Source of the DNA: Callorhinchus milii
Taxonomy: Eukaryota
Direction: 5' to 3'
NCBI RefSeq assembly: GCF_018977255.1
Contig: NW_024704742.1
Location: 19,842,001 to 19,906,000 of the forward strand
Length of the DNA: 64,000 nt
Below the pieces are notes generated by a model. That model had not been told where the DNA came from. It saw only the letters and a program-made list of their open reading frames with translations, and made no database searches. The position numbers and the translations under genes were made by a program. This document shows, piece by piece, positions 25,501 to 37,610 of this stretch. Position 1 is the stretch's first letter; each line of letters begins with the position of its first letter.

Positions 25501-28213
25501 AAAACATTTGCTTATATAGCCCCTGCGATGTGGACTCAGTTCACTACCCCACCTTAAAAACTGAGTGCCAGGCAGCACATCCTGTGTGCTGTGTACTCTC
25601 TCGAGTGTTTCCAATGGTTTTAACATGCTGGGAGGCCTTCTGTGCCTGCCTGTCCGTTATGTGCTGAAAGTTTAAAGCAAGACCGTGCTATAAATAAACC
25701 CGTGCTGTACGGGATAATATATTGAAGTCCAACTGTATTTCTTGCATTCTATTATGTAGAACATTTTGAAATGATAAACAAACACGAGACAGTTTGGCTG
25801 GATAAAATGAGCATTAAAAATTATTGGATAAATTGTACTATGCACTGAACCATAGTTTAAAATGGCTTCAAGGATCATTACATTGGCACTGAAATGAATA
25901 CTGTTTTAATTATCTATAAATAATAGTTTTTTTATTTTCTAACAGAGCTTGTTAGCAATTGGAATTTGGAGAACAAGTGAGATTAAAGGACAATGATTTA
26001 ATGGCAACACGTAATATAAAGTTACAAAACTTTTAGGAAAATCCATGTTTGAAATTATGATGTATAAACTGAGTTGTAGGAAGATTAAGTGGGAAATTCA
26101 ATTTGGAAAACTGAACTGGATGATGGATGCTTATTTCTTATTTCTATCAGAGAAAAAGAGAAACCTAGGAAGACCTCAACCTTATTGTTTAAATAAAGTC
26201 AAAAACATCCTAATCCCAAGCAGAAATATTTTAAGATTTAAGAAAAAAAACAAGAGCTGGTATTCACACAAATAACAAATTAGTATAAGGAAACTATGTA
26301 TTGGTAAGGCAATATGCAACACAGAGTGTAGTGGTTGCAAGAAGGAACAAAAGAGCTGTAATAGAAGGCATTTAAAGGTCCTTTAAGCAAAATGTTACGT
26401 AGATCATTATAGATGATTAGGTTTATGATAGATGTACTCATTGATTTTTTCAAATCGATTTTCATAAAAGAAGACTACAGACAGATCTTGGTCTAATAAA
26501 TTTGGCTCAGAAATGTACGATATATGTGGTGGTTAGCCAAGTTGATGTTCTGAAAAATCCAAGCCAGAAAGAATGGTTGCATTCGACTACCCTAAAGCAA
26601 TTGAAGGAGAAAATTCATAAGGTTCTGGTTTAAAATTGTAAGAGTTTTAAAGAAAGTGGAGCAATAACTGAGAACTGAAAGAGCTCATGAATCTGGAACA
26701 AATTTAATAAATAGATATTTTGAATTACAATGGTACAGAATTGGGATTATTGCAGAGTACAATTTTATATAATACCATATTGAGTTTGTGGTTAATTAAC
26801 AACCGGGAACACCCATTGATCACTCATCAGAAAACTTTTCAGGCCTTGATGTGAGTCCCCAGAATTTAGAATTTTGGATGTTACAAAGACGAAATTGAAA
26901 CTGAATGGGTAATACTGATAGATTCAGATTATAAATGTGAATTATTTTGCACTAAATTACTACGCAAAATTTTTGCTCTCCTTGTGTTCATCGACTAAGC
27001 AAACAGCAGAATCTTGCGGGACTGCAAGATACAGGCAACAAAATCTGTTTGTGTTCATGTGGATAATTACGACATTTGCGTGCGACTGCGAGGTTATTAG
27101 GAACACGATTTCCCTACAGTGTGGGTCAATTGCACTCCGAGTAACATTGCGTGCAATTTCACAATTGCACACAAGTAATTTTTATCAGATGGAATTATTA
27201 ATCATCCCAGAATCCCTCTGCCTGGCTTCCTCCTCTCCACTTTTAAACCCCATGTCAAGGTCTTCCTTTTTTGATTGTGCTTTCAGTCACCTTTCCTCCA
27301 CACTTCTCAGCTTCCCCTCACCTCACCCATTCACAGTTTGAGCCTCTCAGTCAGATGGGAAGGGCTTTGAACAATTGTGATATGAAAGGTGCTGCATAAA
27401 TTCTTTTTGGTTGTCATTAAACAGTGAATAGTTAGAAAAGGGACAGAGTCACAAAGAGCAGAGAAATATAAAGAATCTTAAAAAGATGGGGGTGGGGGAG
27501 GTGTTGGCAAAATGTTGTCATAACAGCCTTGGAGAATATTCCAATTTGTTAATAGGGCCATGTTAATGTTCCGTGATATTGTTCTAAGATTATATAAGAC
27601 ATTTGCGTTTTCTCTATAATTACTCTTATTTTACTTATTTCCCCACATATAACTATAAAAACTTGGCGCTTGCCTCTTTGTCTTATTTTTGAACAGTGTG
27701 ATGCACCAAAATAAAGTGCCACCAAAATAAAGTTCTGTGGTGTATATTCAGTCTTGAAAAATGACTCCAAATTGTATAATTTGCTAAACTGTTAAGAAAA
27801 ATAATACCTGATTCAATGCTTTCAGAAACACCAAGGCAGTAGAACAAGAAAGCCTTTGTTAGATGTTTATGAAAGCTATCGTTTCAATGTAATTTACGCA
27901 GAGGGTAATCAACAGCTGGAACAGGATACCAGGGAACATGGTAGAGATTAGGACAATTGGCTCATTATAGAAGTGACTGTGTGCTGTCATGGAAAGATGG
28001 TCAAGTCAGTGTTCTGTGAGATCCAATGGGCTGAAGGACCTTCTTTGGAACTCTCTTCTGATTAGTGCAGTTACATAAAGTAAAAATTTTGTCTTACCTG
28101 GATACAGCAATGTACTTAATAAAACTAAATATTTTTAAGAAATGTATGCTCGTTTAACTTATTTTTACTGCGTTTAGCCTTTATTTTTCATTATTTTTCC
28201 TTTGCATTTTCAG

Positions 28214-28297
28214 CCCTGATGACATTGGTACCTGCTGGTATATACTACTGTCTGGATCCGTGTTCATTAAAGAGTCCATGTTTCTACCAAGAAGCAG
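28214..28297 (+). CDS. RAPGEF2: RAPGEF2 internal coding exon B (84 bp, phase 2-2), (Y)PDDIGTCWYILLSGSVFIKESMFLPRS(S)
   Basis: ttttcAG acceptor and CAG|GTATGT donor. It encodes a cNMP-binding-domain-like WYILLSGSV motif and is in frame with both neighbouring exons. Confidence 0.96.
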
Positions 28298-28991
28298 GTA
28301 TGTTTGCGTAAAAAATATTGCATGCTAATGGGACTCACCAGCTCGTTCTAGCTATTTGAAGATTTTATTTTGTTAATAGGTACCATTTTCAAACAATAAA
28401 TTGTAACTTATTTATTACATTGTATATTTAATAACATAAATAAAATAAAAGTTACAGAACCACTGTTTATCTTCCAGGAAAATGTTAAATAATATGAGGA
28501 GTTCATAATTCACAGTTATTTCAATGGAATCATCTGGAATTTTTTGTGGGAGACGGGTAACATTTTAAAATAAAGTTCTGTCTGCCTGTTTAAAGATTTA
28601 GGTCTTTCTTGTCTTGAAACAAATTTCCTCCAATATCTTAAATTCACCCCCCAAATATTTTCCCACCCTGTAGAACATAGGCACAGACAAATTTGGATAT
28701 GGGCACAGACACATATCTCACCTATGGTGACTTAATGCCACCACTCATAGAGCTGTGATTAAATGATTATTCATGATGTGCATCAGAGGGCATACATGGG
28801 GTGGAAACTAGAAGGCTTGTCACCCCAGGTAATTCTTAATATCAGCTGATATTGACTCATGCTAGCATTGGCATAGTTTTGGAACATCCAGCTTGTCCTC
28901 TTGACTAAACAAGATTTAAGGGATAGAAGTCAGGATGAATGAAGATGATGAAATGCCATAACATCTCCAGTTATTCATAGCTGGAGATGAG

Positions 28992-29363
28992 AATAATAAT
29001 AATCCTCGCATTTGATATAGCACCTTATCACGTCTTCGAGACGTTTCAATGCGGTTTACAGAATATACTGCAAAGTGAATTGACTATATTTTTCGGGCGA
29101 AATGCGGCACCCAGCAGAGAGAATTGCGCACAGCAGAGTCCCACAAAGAGTTGTGGATTAAAGTGACCAATTTATTATTATTATTTATTTTGAAGGAATT
29201 ATTACCCCCAGAAAAGCGATCTGCCAATTGACTAACAATGGGGTTCCTAGGTAAACAGAGGCGTATGGAGTAAACTTGCCCAATGTTTTGCCCTGCCGGG
29301 AATCAAACTCAGGTCTCTCGCTTGCGAGGCGAGTGCTCTAACCGTTGAACTACAGGACTCCAC
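28992..29363 (-). mobile_element. Young tRNA-derived SINE, full length, with an extra ~55-bp internal segment
   Basis: Reverse complement of the 15933-16249 element, running from the (AAT)n tail to CAGGACTCCAC. Confidence 0.88.
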
Positions 29364-29531
29364 TACAGAATAAAAATTAACTGGCTGTGCCGTGTACAGC
29401 ATCTGGCATACCATGTGGGTTTGTCAACACAATGGATTTGAAGCTTTATTTCCATAAGATCTTGGCAGAAACATAGTGTAAGAATAGATCTAGTTCTCAC
29501 TATTAGTACTTCCATATTACAATTACTGAAG

Positions 29532-31666
29532 ATAAGAACATAAGAATTAGGAGCAGGAATAGGCCACTCAGCCCCTCGAGTCTGCCCCGCCATTCGATAA
29601 GATCATGGCTGATCTTCTGACCTAACTAATTACCTGCCCTATCCCCATATCCCCTAATCCCTCTATTTTTAAAAAAATTATCAGCCTCAGCCTTGAAAAT
29701 GTTTAAGGACTGAGCATCTACAACCTTCTGGGGTAGTGAATTTCATAAATTTCAAAAATTCAAATTTCATAAATTCACTACCCTCTGAGTGAAGAAATGT
29801 TTCCTCAACTCTGTTCTAAAAGGCTGACCCTTAATTTTAAGACTGTGACCCCTGGTTATAGATTCTCCTACCAGGGGAAACAGTCCCTCAGTGTCTACTT
29901 TATCAGCCCTTTAAGAATCTTATATGTTTCAATAAGATCTCCCCTAATTCTTCTGTACTCTGGAGAATACAGCCCTAGTTTATTCAGCCTATCATCATAG
30001 ATCAGTCCCCTCATCCCAGGAACTAACCGAGTGAATCTACGCTGCACCCCCTCTAGGGCAAGTATGTCCTTTTTCAAATAAGGAGACCAAAACTGCACAC
30101 AATACTCCAGGTGCGGTCTCACCAAGGCCCTATACAGTTGCAGCAAGACTTCCTTACTCTTGTACTCTAAACCTTTTGCAACTAACGCTAACATGCCGTT
30201 TGCCTTCTTAGTTGCTTGCTGTACCTGCAAACTAACTTTTTGAGACTGGTGTACAAGTACACCCAAATCCCTCTGAACACTAACACTATCTAATCTCTCC
30301 CCCTCTAGAAAATAATCTGTTTTTCTATTTTTTCTACCTAAGTGAATAACTTCACACTTCCCCACATTAAATTCCATCTGCCACCTACTCGCCCACTCCC
30401 CTAGCCTATCTATATCCCGTTGCAATCCTTTTGCATCATCCTCAGAGCTTACTCTCCCACTTAGTTTAGTGTCATCCGCGAATTTAGATACGTTACATTC
30501 AATGTCCTCGTCTAGATCATTGATGTAAATTGTAAATAGCTGAGGCCCAAGCACTGATCCTTGTAGCACTCCACTAGTCACATCCTGCCAATTCGAGAAT
30601 GACCCCTTTTTCCCTACTTTCTGTTTTCTACTCTTCAATCCGTGCTAATATGTTCCCATTAATCCTGTGGGCCTTAACCTTGTGCAATAGCCTTTTGTGT
30701 GTTACTTTGTCAAAGGCCTTCTTAAAATCTAAATATACTATATCTACTGGTTCCCCCCTATCTAACCAGCTAGATACATCTTCAAAAAACTAAAAGATTA
30801 GTTAAGCATGACTTCCCTTTTGTAAAGCCATGTTGACTCTGCCTAATCTTGTTATGGTCTTCCAGGAACCCCCAAACCGACATTTTTAATTAAGGACTCA
30901 AGAATTTTTCCTACCACTGATGTCAGACTAACTGGTCTATAGTTCCCCATCTTTTCTCTCCCACCTTTCTTAAATTGTGGTGTTATGATTGCAATCTTCC
31001 AATCAATGGGAACTGTTCCAAAATGCAGAGAATTTTGGAAAATCAAAGACAAGCCAACCACTATCTCAGTAGCCACCTCTTTTAAAACCAGAGGATGTAG
31101 GCCATCAGGTCCAGGGGATTTATCAGTTTTAAGACCTGACAATTTACCTAAAACCATTTCTTTACTAATATTAATTTCCCCAAGTTGCTCGCTAACATTA
31201 TCTTCTTCGGTCCCCTCTATTCTTGGTAGGTTTTAAGTGTCTTCTAAGGTGAAGACAGTAGCAAAGTACTTGTTTAATGACTCTGCCATGTCTTTGTCCC
31301 CTACTATAACTCTGCCTCTATCGGGCCCACATTTACCTTTGACAGCCTCTTCCACTTTATATATTTATAAAAACTCTTGCAGTCTGTCCTTATGTTCATC
31401 GCTAGTTTGCCCTCATATTCCATTTTCTCCCTCTTAATCACTTTTGGGGTTTTCCTTTGTTGATCCCTAAAGTTCTCCCAATCCTTGGGTTTACTACTCA
31501 TCTTAGTTGTTTTATAGGCTTCTTCCTTTAACTTTATACTTTCCCTAACTGCTCTAGTTAGCCATGGTTGGGCCACCTTTCCTGTGGCATTCTTATTCCT
31601 CAAAGGAATACGTGCTCACTGGGAATTTTGCACTTTTAAACTTCTGCCATTGCTGGTCTACTGTCA
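29532..31666 (-). mobile_element. CR1 LINE, 5'-truncated ORF2 (reverse transcriptase) with frameshifts
   Basis: ORFs 31304..31603, 30852..31157 (KSPGPDGLHP, DWKIA, GNYRPVSLTSVVGK) and 29895..30638 (QGSVLGP, KFADDTKL, LVRPHLEYC). The 3' end carries a TTCTTATG repeat. Confidence 0.95.
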
Positions 31667-33064
31667 AAGATGAGCATCACAGATGTTTTCTTGATGTTAT
31701 GGTTTGTCTTCTATAATTGACAACAACTTGCATTGATATGCGGGTTGTGTCTTGGAGTGCTTAACAGCAGTATGGCTTCACGCTAAGCTGGAAAGATAGG
31801 GGAGGTCTAAAGTTGAAACTGTTCAAATGGAATTTTGAGGAAGCTGTAGTGTCCCTGTAATTTAAAAAAGATCCTGAAAAGTAGGAATTATCTCTACAAG
31901 TTGCTTCTTGACAATAAGTTTCTAATTACATTTGGATTTTGGTTGATGAAAACATTCATTACTCCTGGTGAGTGAAATTAAAACTTTACAACTGCTGTTT
32001 TAAAAAGGAAAATACCTCAAAGGAGCTGTTGGAGTTATAAGAGTACTCTTGCAGTTCAAGAATGAGGAAGACCCGGTAAAAGTATTTTTGGTTAGAGATA
32101 ATTAAACAATTCAGTTTACTCGACAGTGGTGATAGCATCTGATGTTTTTTCATTCAGTTACAGTGGTATCGGAAATGTCAGAAATTATTTCAATCAAGTT
32201 CTTGAACAGCACTGTGTTTTGCATCTAGTTCAATATCTCTGCATCTATTTTGTTATGCAGTACCCTTTTTAGAAATATAATAATAATATCCTTTCATTTG
32301 ATAGAGTGCCTTATCACATCTTTCGAGATGTCTCAAAACGCTTCACAGAATGTACTGTAAATTTAATTCATTGCATATTTTGTAGGCAAAATATTAAATA
32401 ATATGAGGAGTTCATAATTCACATTTAGAACACTCCAAAGGAAAACTCAAAAAAGTAAATGTGTATCTTGTTTGATTTAATAGCCAACAGCCATTCCTTG
32501 CATTGGGACATTGCCCAGCTTCTGCAGGAAATGGGTGCAATGTTGCAGTGCTTAAAAAAAATCACATAAAGATGTAGTTATGCTTTCATGCTGAGTGTTT
32601 AATTCTCACCACTTCAGTGCTGGGTCCCTCCAAATAGTTTTCCAGAATAATAATGCTTCTTTAGTATGGTAGACTTTTTAAAAAGAAAAAAAAACTTTTT
32701 ATGAGATGAAGTAGATGAGAAATGAAGGTGATGTTGGCACACCTACATAACTGCACATAATAATCCTTGCATTTGATATAGCACCTTATCGTGCCATTGA
32801 GATGTCTCAACCACTTCACAGGATATACTGTAAAATGGATTGACTGTGTATTTTGTGGGTGAAACTTTATTTGTGAGTACCATGGCATCTGAAATGTGTA
32901 TAATTCAGGGCTGCATGTGGACTGATACATAGAACAACTATGGATTATGAAATCATCAAACGACCTGCATGTGCAATGTAAGAAAGAATTTTCCATCAGC
33001 TGCCAATTTATAGTGAAATGCCATGTCAAATACACAATTAAATCTTTTACATGAAGTGACTCAG

Positions 33065-33440
33065 AGAAGTAGACCAGTCACTGGGGGCCAGGATTCATCC
33101 CATTCAGCTACCTACGAGCCAAAATTAAAGGGTATGGTGGTCCCAGCTGGACGAGCAGCAGGAAGCTTGCACAGTGAACACAGCGGCAGGTGCATGAATT
33201 TAAGAGGTTAAACCACCAATACCCCAATGCACATTCTGGGGTCTTGAAACCTTAGCTCTTGCTAACCTGCAGCTTAACTCTCCAGGTGTAGGTAACTAAG
33301 GTGCATCCCTCTGGGGAATGAGTACAATTTCTATACCAGACAAACTGAAACAACATATGTGGGACTCTTAGTAGTTTGATTTGGAAGACTGTTTAATTAT
33401 GCTGATGTGTTTCCACGTGTATCAGACACCGGCCGACCAA
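33065..33440 (+). repeat. Unclassified interspersed repeat family copy
   Basis: Blocks GACCAGTCACTGGGG...TGGTCCCAGCTGGACGAGCAGCAGGAAGCTTGC...GGTGCATCCCTC are in family order. Confidence 0.65.
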
Positions 33441-35198
33441 AAAGAATAATATTAAATGCAATGCAGATTTTTGAAATTTATGTCCAAATAAGTTTTCGTC
33501 CAAATAAGTTTTCTTCCAAAAAAATTGTGCATTGTGTTTTAAGTCAATAAAACTGGAGCACAGTTGGCCTCTTTGGCACATGCTAACCTAACCAGTGGTG
33601 ATAAATGTCCAAACATCTGATGCACATTAGTGAAGCAGCTGCTGAGCTGATTCTCCACGTGACCCTGAAGCAGTCCACTGTTTACTAACACTTGTAGTCG
33701 GCAGTCATGCTTAGTGTTTATAAAATCATGATAAATGTCTGAGTGTTCATACATGTATGCTTTTTCCTAACTTTTTGTTGTTATGCACAAAGACTTCTAT
33801 TTATAAATGGAAATTACTATGTTTTATGAAAAATAAGGGTTCGAAAGTAAATTGTACATGCAAATTATGGTTTATATTACTCAAATACTTCAAGATGGAA
33901 GCATTGCTTCTGAAACACATTTACCTTAAATGAGTTATGGCTTCCTGAATTTTAATACAAGATTCATGAACCTTAGTTATAAATGATCTGTTTTCTTGCT
34001 TTAAAAATGTTTTTGTTTCCTGGATGATAATTGTTAGCATTAATGATTGGAGACTATGTTGGTTGCTTATAACCAGCATGAAGGTGCTGCTAAATTGCCA
34101 GATTTTTTTTTCACAATATTTTATTGTCAATAGATTGAATTAACAATCATTAGCTGTGCTATAAATTGGGACTGAGCATAGTATGCAAGGCTCTTTGAAA
34201 CATCATGATGAGTTATACATCCTATAGAAAAACAAGTTCAATATTTATGTCTTTCCCATTTACTTATAGAATGTCACTAGTGATTTGTGTTTGCATCAGT
34301 TGAATCAGGTCTCACAAACCCAGTTCTCCATATAGCAAAATGGGATTTTACGGTTTACATCTTTTTTATAGATCTACTGAGTTTTATTAAATTTGAACTA
34401 CTTTGTCAATATTTAGTCATCTGTCCTCACTAGGGGAACTAGATAAATATAATTTCAGCAGATGATAATTTTCATGGCTATGGAGAACTTGAAATGAACC
34501 AGGACTAACCAGTTTTGTGACACATTTGAAAGGCTGGAAAACCTGCCACTTGTGCAACCAACGCAGAGAAGTGAGAATGTTTCATTATAGTTCACTGCAT
34601 GGGTGCACTTTATTAATGTTTTGCTCTAATTTTCCTCGTCTTGGATGGCAGCACAAGGTAATGTTTGGAAAATAGTATTTAACTATTGCAAATTATAGTG
34701 CTAGAAGAAAGGAAAATAGTTTGTGAGCTATAATTGTGGGAAAATGTGCTGCCTTTACAAAAACATTATTGGTCTGAACCCTTCTCTGCCCTATCTTCAA
34801 ACACTGCTGAACCCCTCATTCATGCTTTTGTCACCTTCTGTGACGATTTTTCCAATACATTCCTTCTGGCCTCCCCAGTTCCACTATAAACAAATACAAA
34901 GTGTGTGGTTGAGCTTTCAGCTGCTACGCCCTGAATCTCTGGAACTTCTTGCCTCAACCCCCACTTTTGTTTGTCTTCAAATCCTGCCTGAAGACTTTCC
35001 TCGACTTTGGTCACCTCCCCTCCATTTCCAGCTTGCCATCAAACGGCACACCTGTTAAGAGCTCAACGACATGACCCGCGTGAAGGATGCTATATAAATG
35101 CAAGTTGTTGTTGTTGCTGTTGTTGCGCAATGTACACATCTTTGGTGGTTGTTACAGAAAACCTGTATTCTTTTTAAAAAGAACTTAAATTTTAGTTA

Positions 35199-35518
35199 TA
35201 ATATAATAATAATCCTTGCATTTGATATAGCGCTTTTCACGTCTTCTAGATGTCTCAAGGCGCTTTACAGAATATACTGTAAAGTGAATTGACTGTATAT
35301 ATTTGTGGGCGAAACTCGGCAGCTAATTGCGCACAGCAGTGTCTCACAGCAGTCGTGGATTGAAAATGACCAATTTATTATTGTTTTGTTTTGGAGTGAT
35401 TATTATTAGGCGTGTGAAGTAAGGAAACTTGCCCAAGTTTTCGCCCTCTGCCTGGAATTGAACCCAAGTGTTTCGCTTGCAAGGCAAGTGCTTTAACCAC
35501 TGAGCTCCGGGACTCCAC
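35199..35518 (-). mobile_element. Young tRNA-derived SINE, full length
   Basis: Reverse complement of the 15933-16249 element. Confidence 0.9.
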
Positions 35519-36558
35519 ATTGACCGTTTTGTGATATAGCCCTGAATAATTTTTGTTTTCGTTGATTGTGGCAGGATTTGTCTCAACATTTATGTTGCGT
35601 GAAACATTTGCCAACCACTGAATTGAATTTGTTGCAAACCTTTCTCAATAGGTGCTTGAATGTTTTATCTGACTCTTCCTGTACAAAATAGTTTTATTTA
35701 GTTTCAGAAATACAAATTTAAAAAAAAACTGTTACACAGGACAGCCTGATATCTGTAAGAATTGGTAGCAGCCCCATTTGTGGATATGAAAATAGTTTGG
35801 TTGTCAGGTGATCGGATTAAGTACAATGTATAGTACAGATGGTCGCCAAAAGTTTCCATCAAGGGTTAGACTCACCAGAGTAATGGTCTTTATGAATGTC
35901 TCCATTATTCTATTTAACTGTTGCTGCTGCTCTTGAATGTGGGAGGATTGGTCTCTATTCTGTTTCCGAGCAGTGGTTGAGCTTCTCAACCAGAGAGTCT
36001 TTCCTGCCACTTTAACAGTAAAATTCAAAATGAATGGTTTCAATGCACATATGCAAAATAAAAAGTCCATGCTCAATTCGGAATGCTCAATTTAGCATTC
36101 AAATGCTACTCCTGTGAAGGGTACTATGTAAATGCAAGTTGTTGTTTAATTCCTGATCTCAGCTGTGTTGGAGTTGGGCAAACACTATTTTTTCTGGCAT
36201 GTTGTTGCTTTGGGCATTCTCCTCTTAAGTGAATATTTGACACAGGGAACGGTATTTATTCAATCTGTCACGGTCAATGAGTAGCCATTGGATAACTCAA
36301 AGCTACTTAATTTAAAACCTAAACTTTAACCAGGTTTTTCAATAATTACAGAATATTCATTTATTTCCATTACTGCTGCATATCCCCCAATATCCTCCAA
36401 GTTCAAGCAGCAAAGAAATCACTGCGTCCTTGTGTTCATTTTACCCAGCTGGTTCCCAATCCTACATTGCTGTAATCTAGTTCTCTTTTTATTGATGATA
36501 CGGCATTAACTGTGATTGTTGGGACCCATGTTTTTTTTTTACCTATTCACTATCTAAA

Positions 36559-36583
36559 TGTGTGAGTGTGTGTGTGTGTGTGT
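36559..36583. repeat. (TG)n microsatellite
   Basis: Imperfect TG run. Confidence 0.8.
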
Positions 36584-37551
36584 ATATATGTCTCCTCCTG
36601 TTTCCGACTTTTAAAATTTCAAATCTATCCCCTCTTGTTCTGATCTCATCAGATAGCCTGCTTGCATCTACTTGGGTTTGAAGAGCTTTGTCATGCCACC
36701 AATTTTTTTTCTGATGATGAGTTCAACTCTTCGAATCTCATCCCAGAATCATTCTTATTGTTTTTCTTTGAACCGTTTCAACGGTAATCATAAATTTAGC
36801 AAATGTCACCTATGTATCAGGTGGTTTCTAAAGCAAAAACTTTATTTCAAATTAGCATTTATTCTCCCTGAGGGCCATTAAAAAGATTCCAAAAATTAGG
36901 AAATGTAAGTTATGTTATTACAGTTCCGGTACTATGTAATGTTGCTCTGAAATGTATGTTTTTGTGGGTAAATTGAAATCAAATGTTTTTGGTGTCAACT
37001 GGTGATTGATATTAAATTAAATTGGCAAAGAATGATCTGTTGAAGCACTATCATATATTACCTGGAGATAAAATGGTTAAGTGTAGCTTGTTGTCTTTTT
37101 TACGGAAACATTGGTTGATCTGAGGATATTTAGAACTCTGAATGTTTTAAAATCACAACAATCCTTTAGTAATCAGTGCTTTTATGAATGGCAAAGAATG
37201 ACGAGCAGCTGTCAAATAGCTGAGGTCATGGAAATGGCATGCGGAAGCAGTACACAAACGACATATGCTGTACATATCTACAGCCAGCAGAGGTGCTTAG
37301 GTCACTAAGACAGGAAATGAGCCGTCCGATGGAATTTTGGCTTCAATTCCCTCTCTCCACGTACAGCAGAGGAAGAGAGACTCGAAACCCAGGCTGGGAA
37401 AGAAAATGCTTCTTAGAAAAAGACCTTTTGATAAAATCGTACCATTTGGACTTTAATGAATAGTACAGGTCAGAGAATTGTTTCATGTTTGTCAATGAAG
37501 TTGTTTGTTGTGCCTTTCTGTCTGAAGTTTCAAAATGGACCAGAGCTCAGA

Positions 37552-37610
37552 ATGACTGCCAGAGTAGGTCAAATATTGAGCTTCTCTTCTAGTGGCCGCA
37601 TACCAGTCTG
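37552..37610 (+). CDS. RAPGEF2: Candidate alternative first coding exon of RAPGEF2, MTARVGQILSFSSSGRIPV(C)
   Basis: ATG with A at -3, 19 open codons plus 2 nt, and a strong CTG|GTAAGA donor. Phase 2 matches exon C (TG+T = Cys, then FGKRSAG). It lies in a repeat-free stretch. Confidence 0.55.

Noticed and set aside
26030..26760. AT-rich ORFs near 26 kb as coding exons
   Set aside because: There are only faint traces resembling a very old CR1-type RT region with many stops, and no usable splice frame.
29895..30638. 247-aa reverse transcriptase ORF as a novel RT system
   Set aside because: It is an ordinary CR1 ORF2 fragment, 5'-truncated and frameshifted, with a CR1 tail.
36700..36760. CTGATGA followed by a GAG/CTC stem as a hammerhead
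   Set aside because: It has GAAT instead of GAAA, and no convincing stems I or III.
37111..37463. ORFs 37111..37308 and 37239..37463 as a nested gene
   Set aside because: No recognisable homology or splice structure. The region is more likely promoter or 5' UTR.
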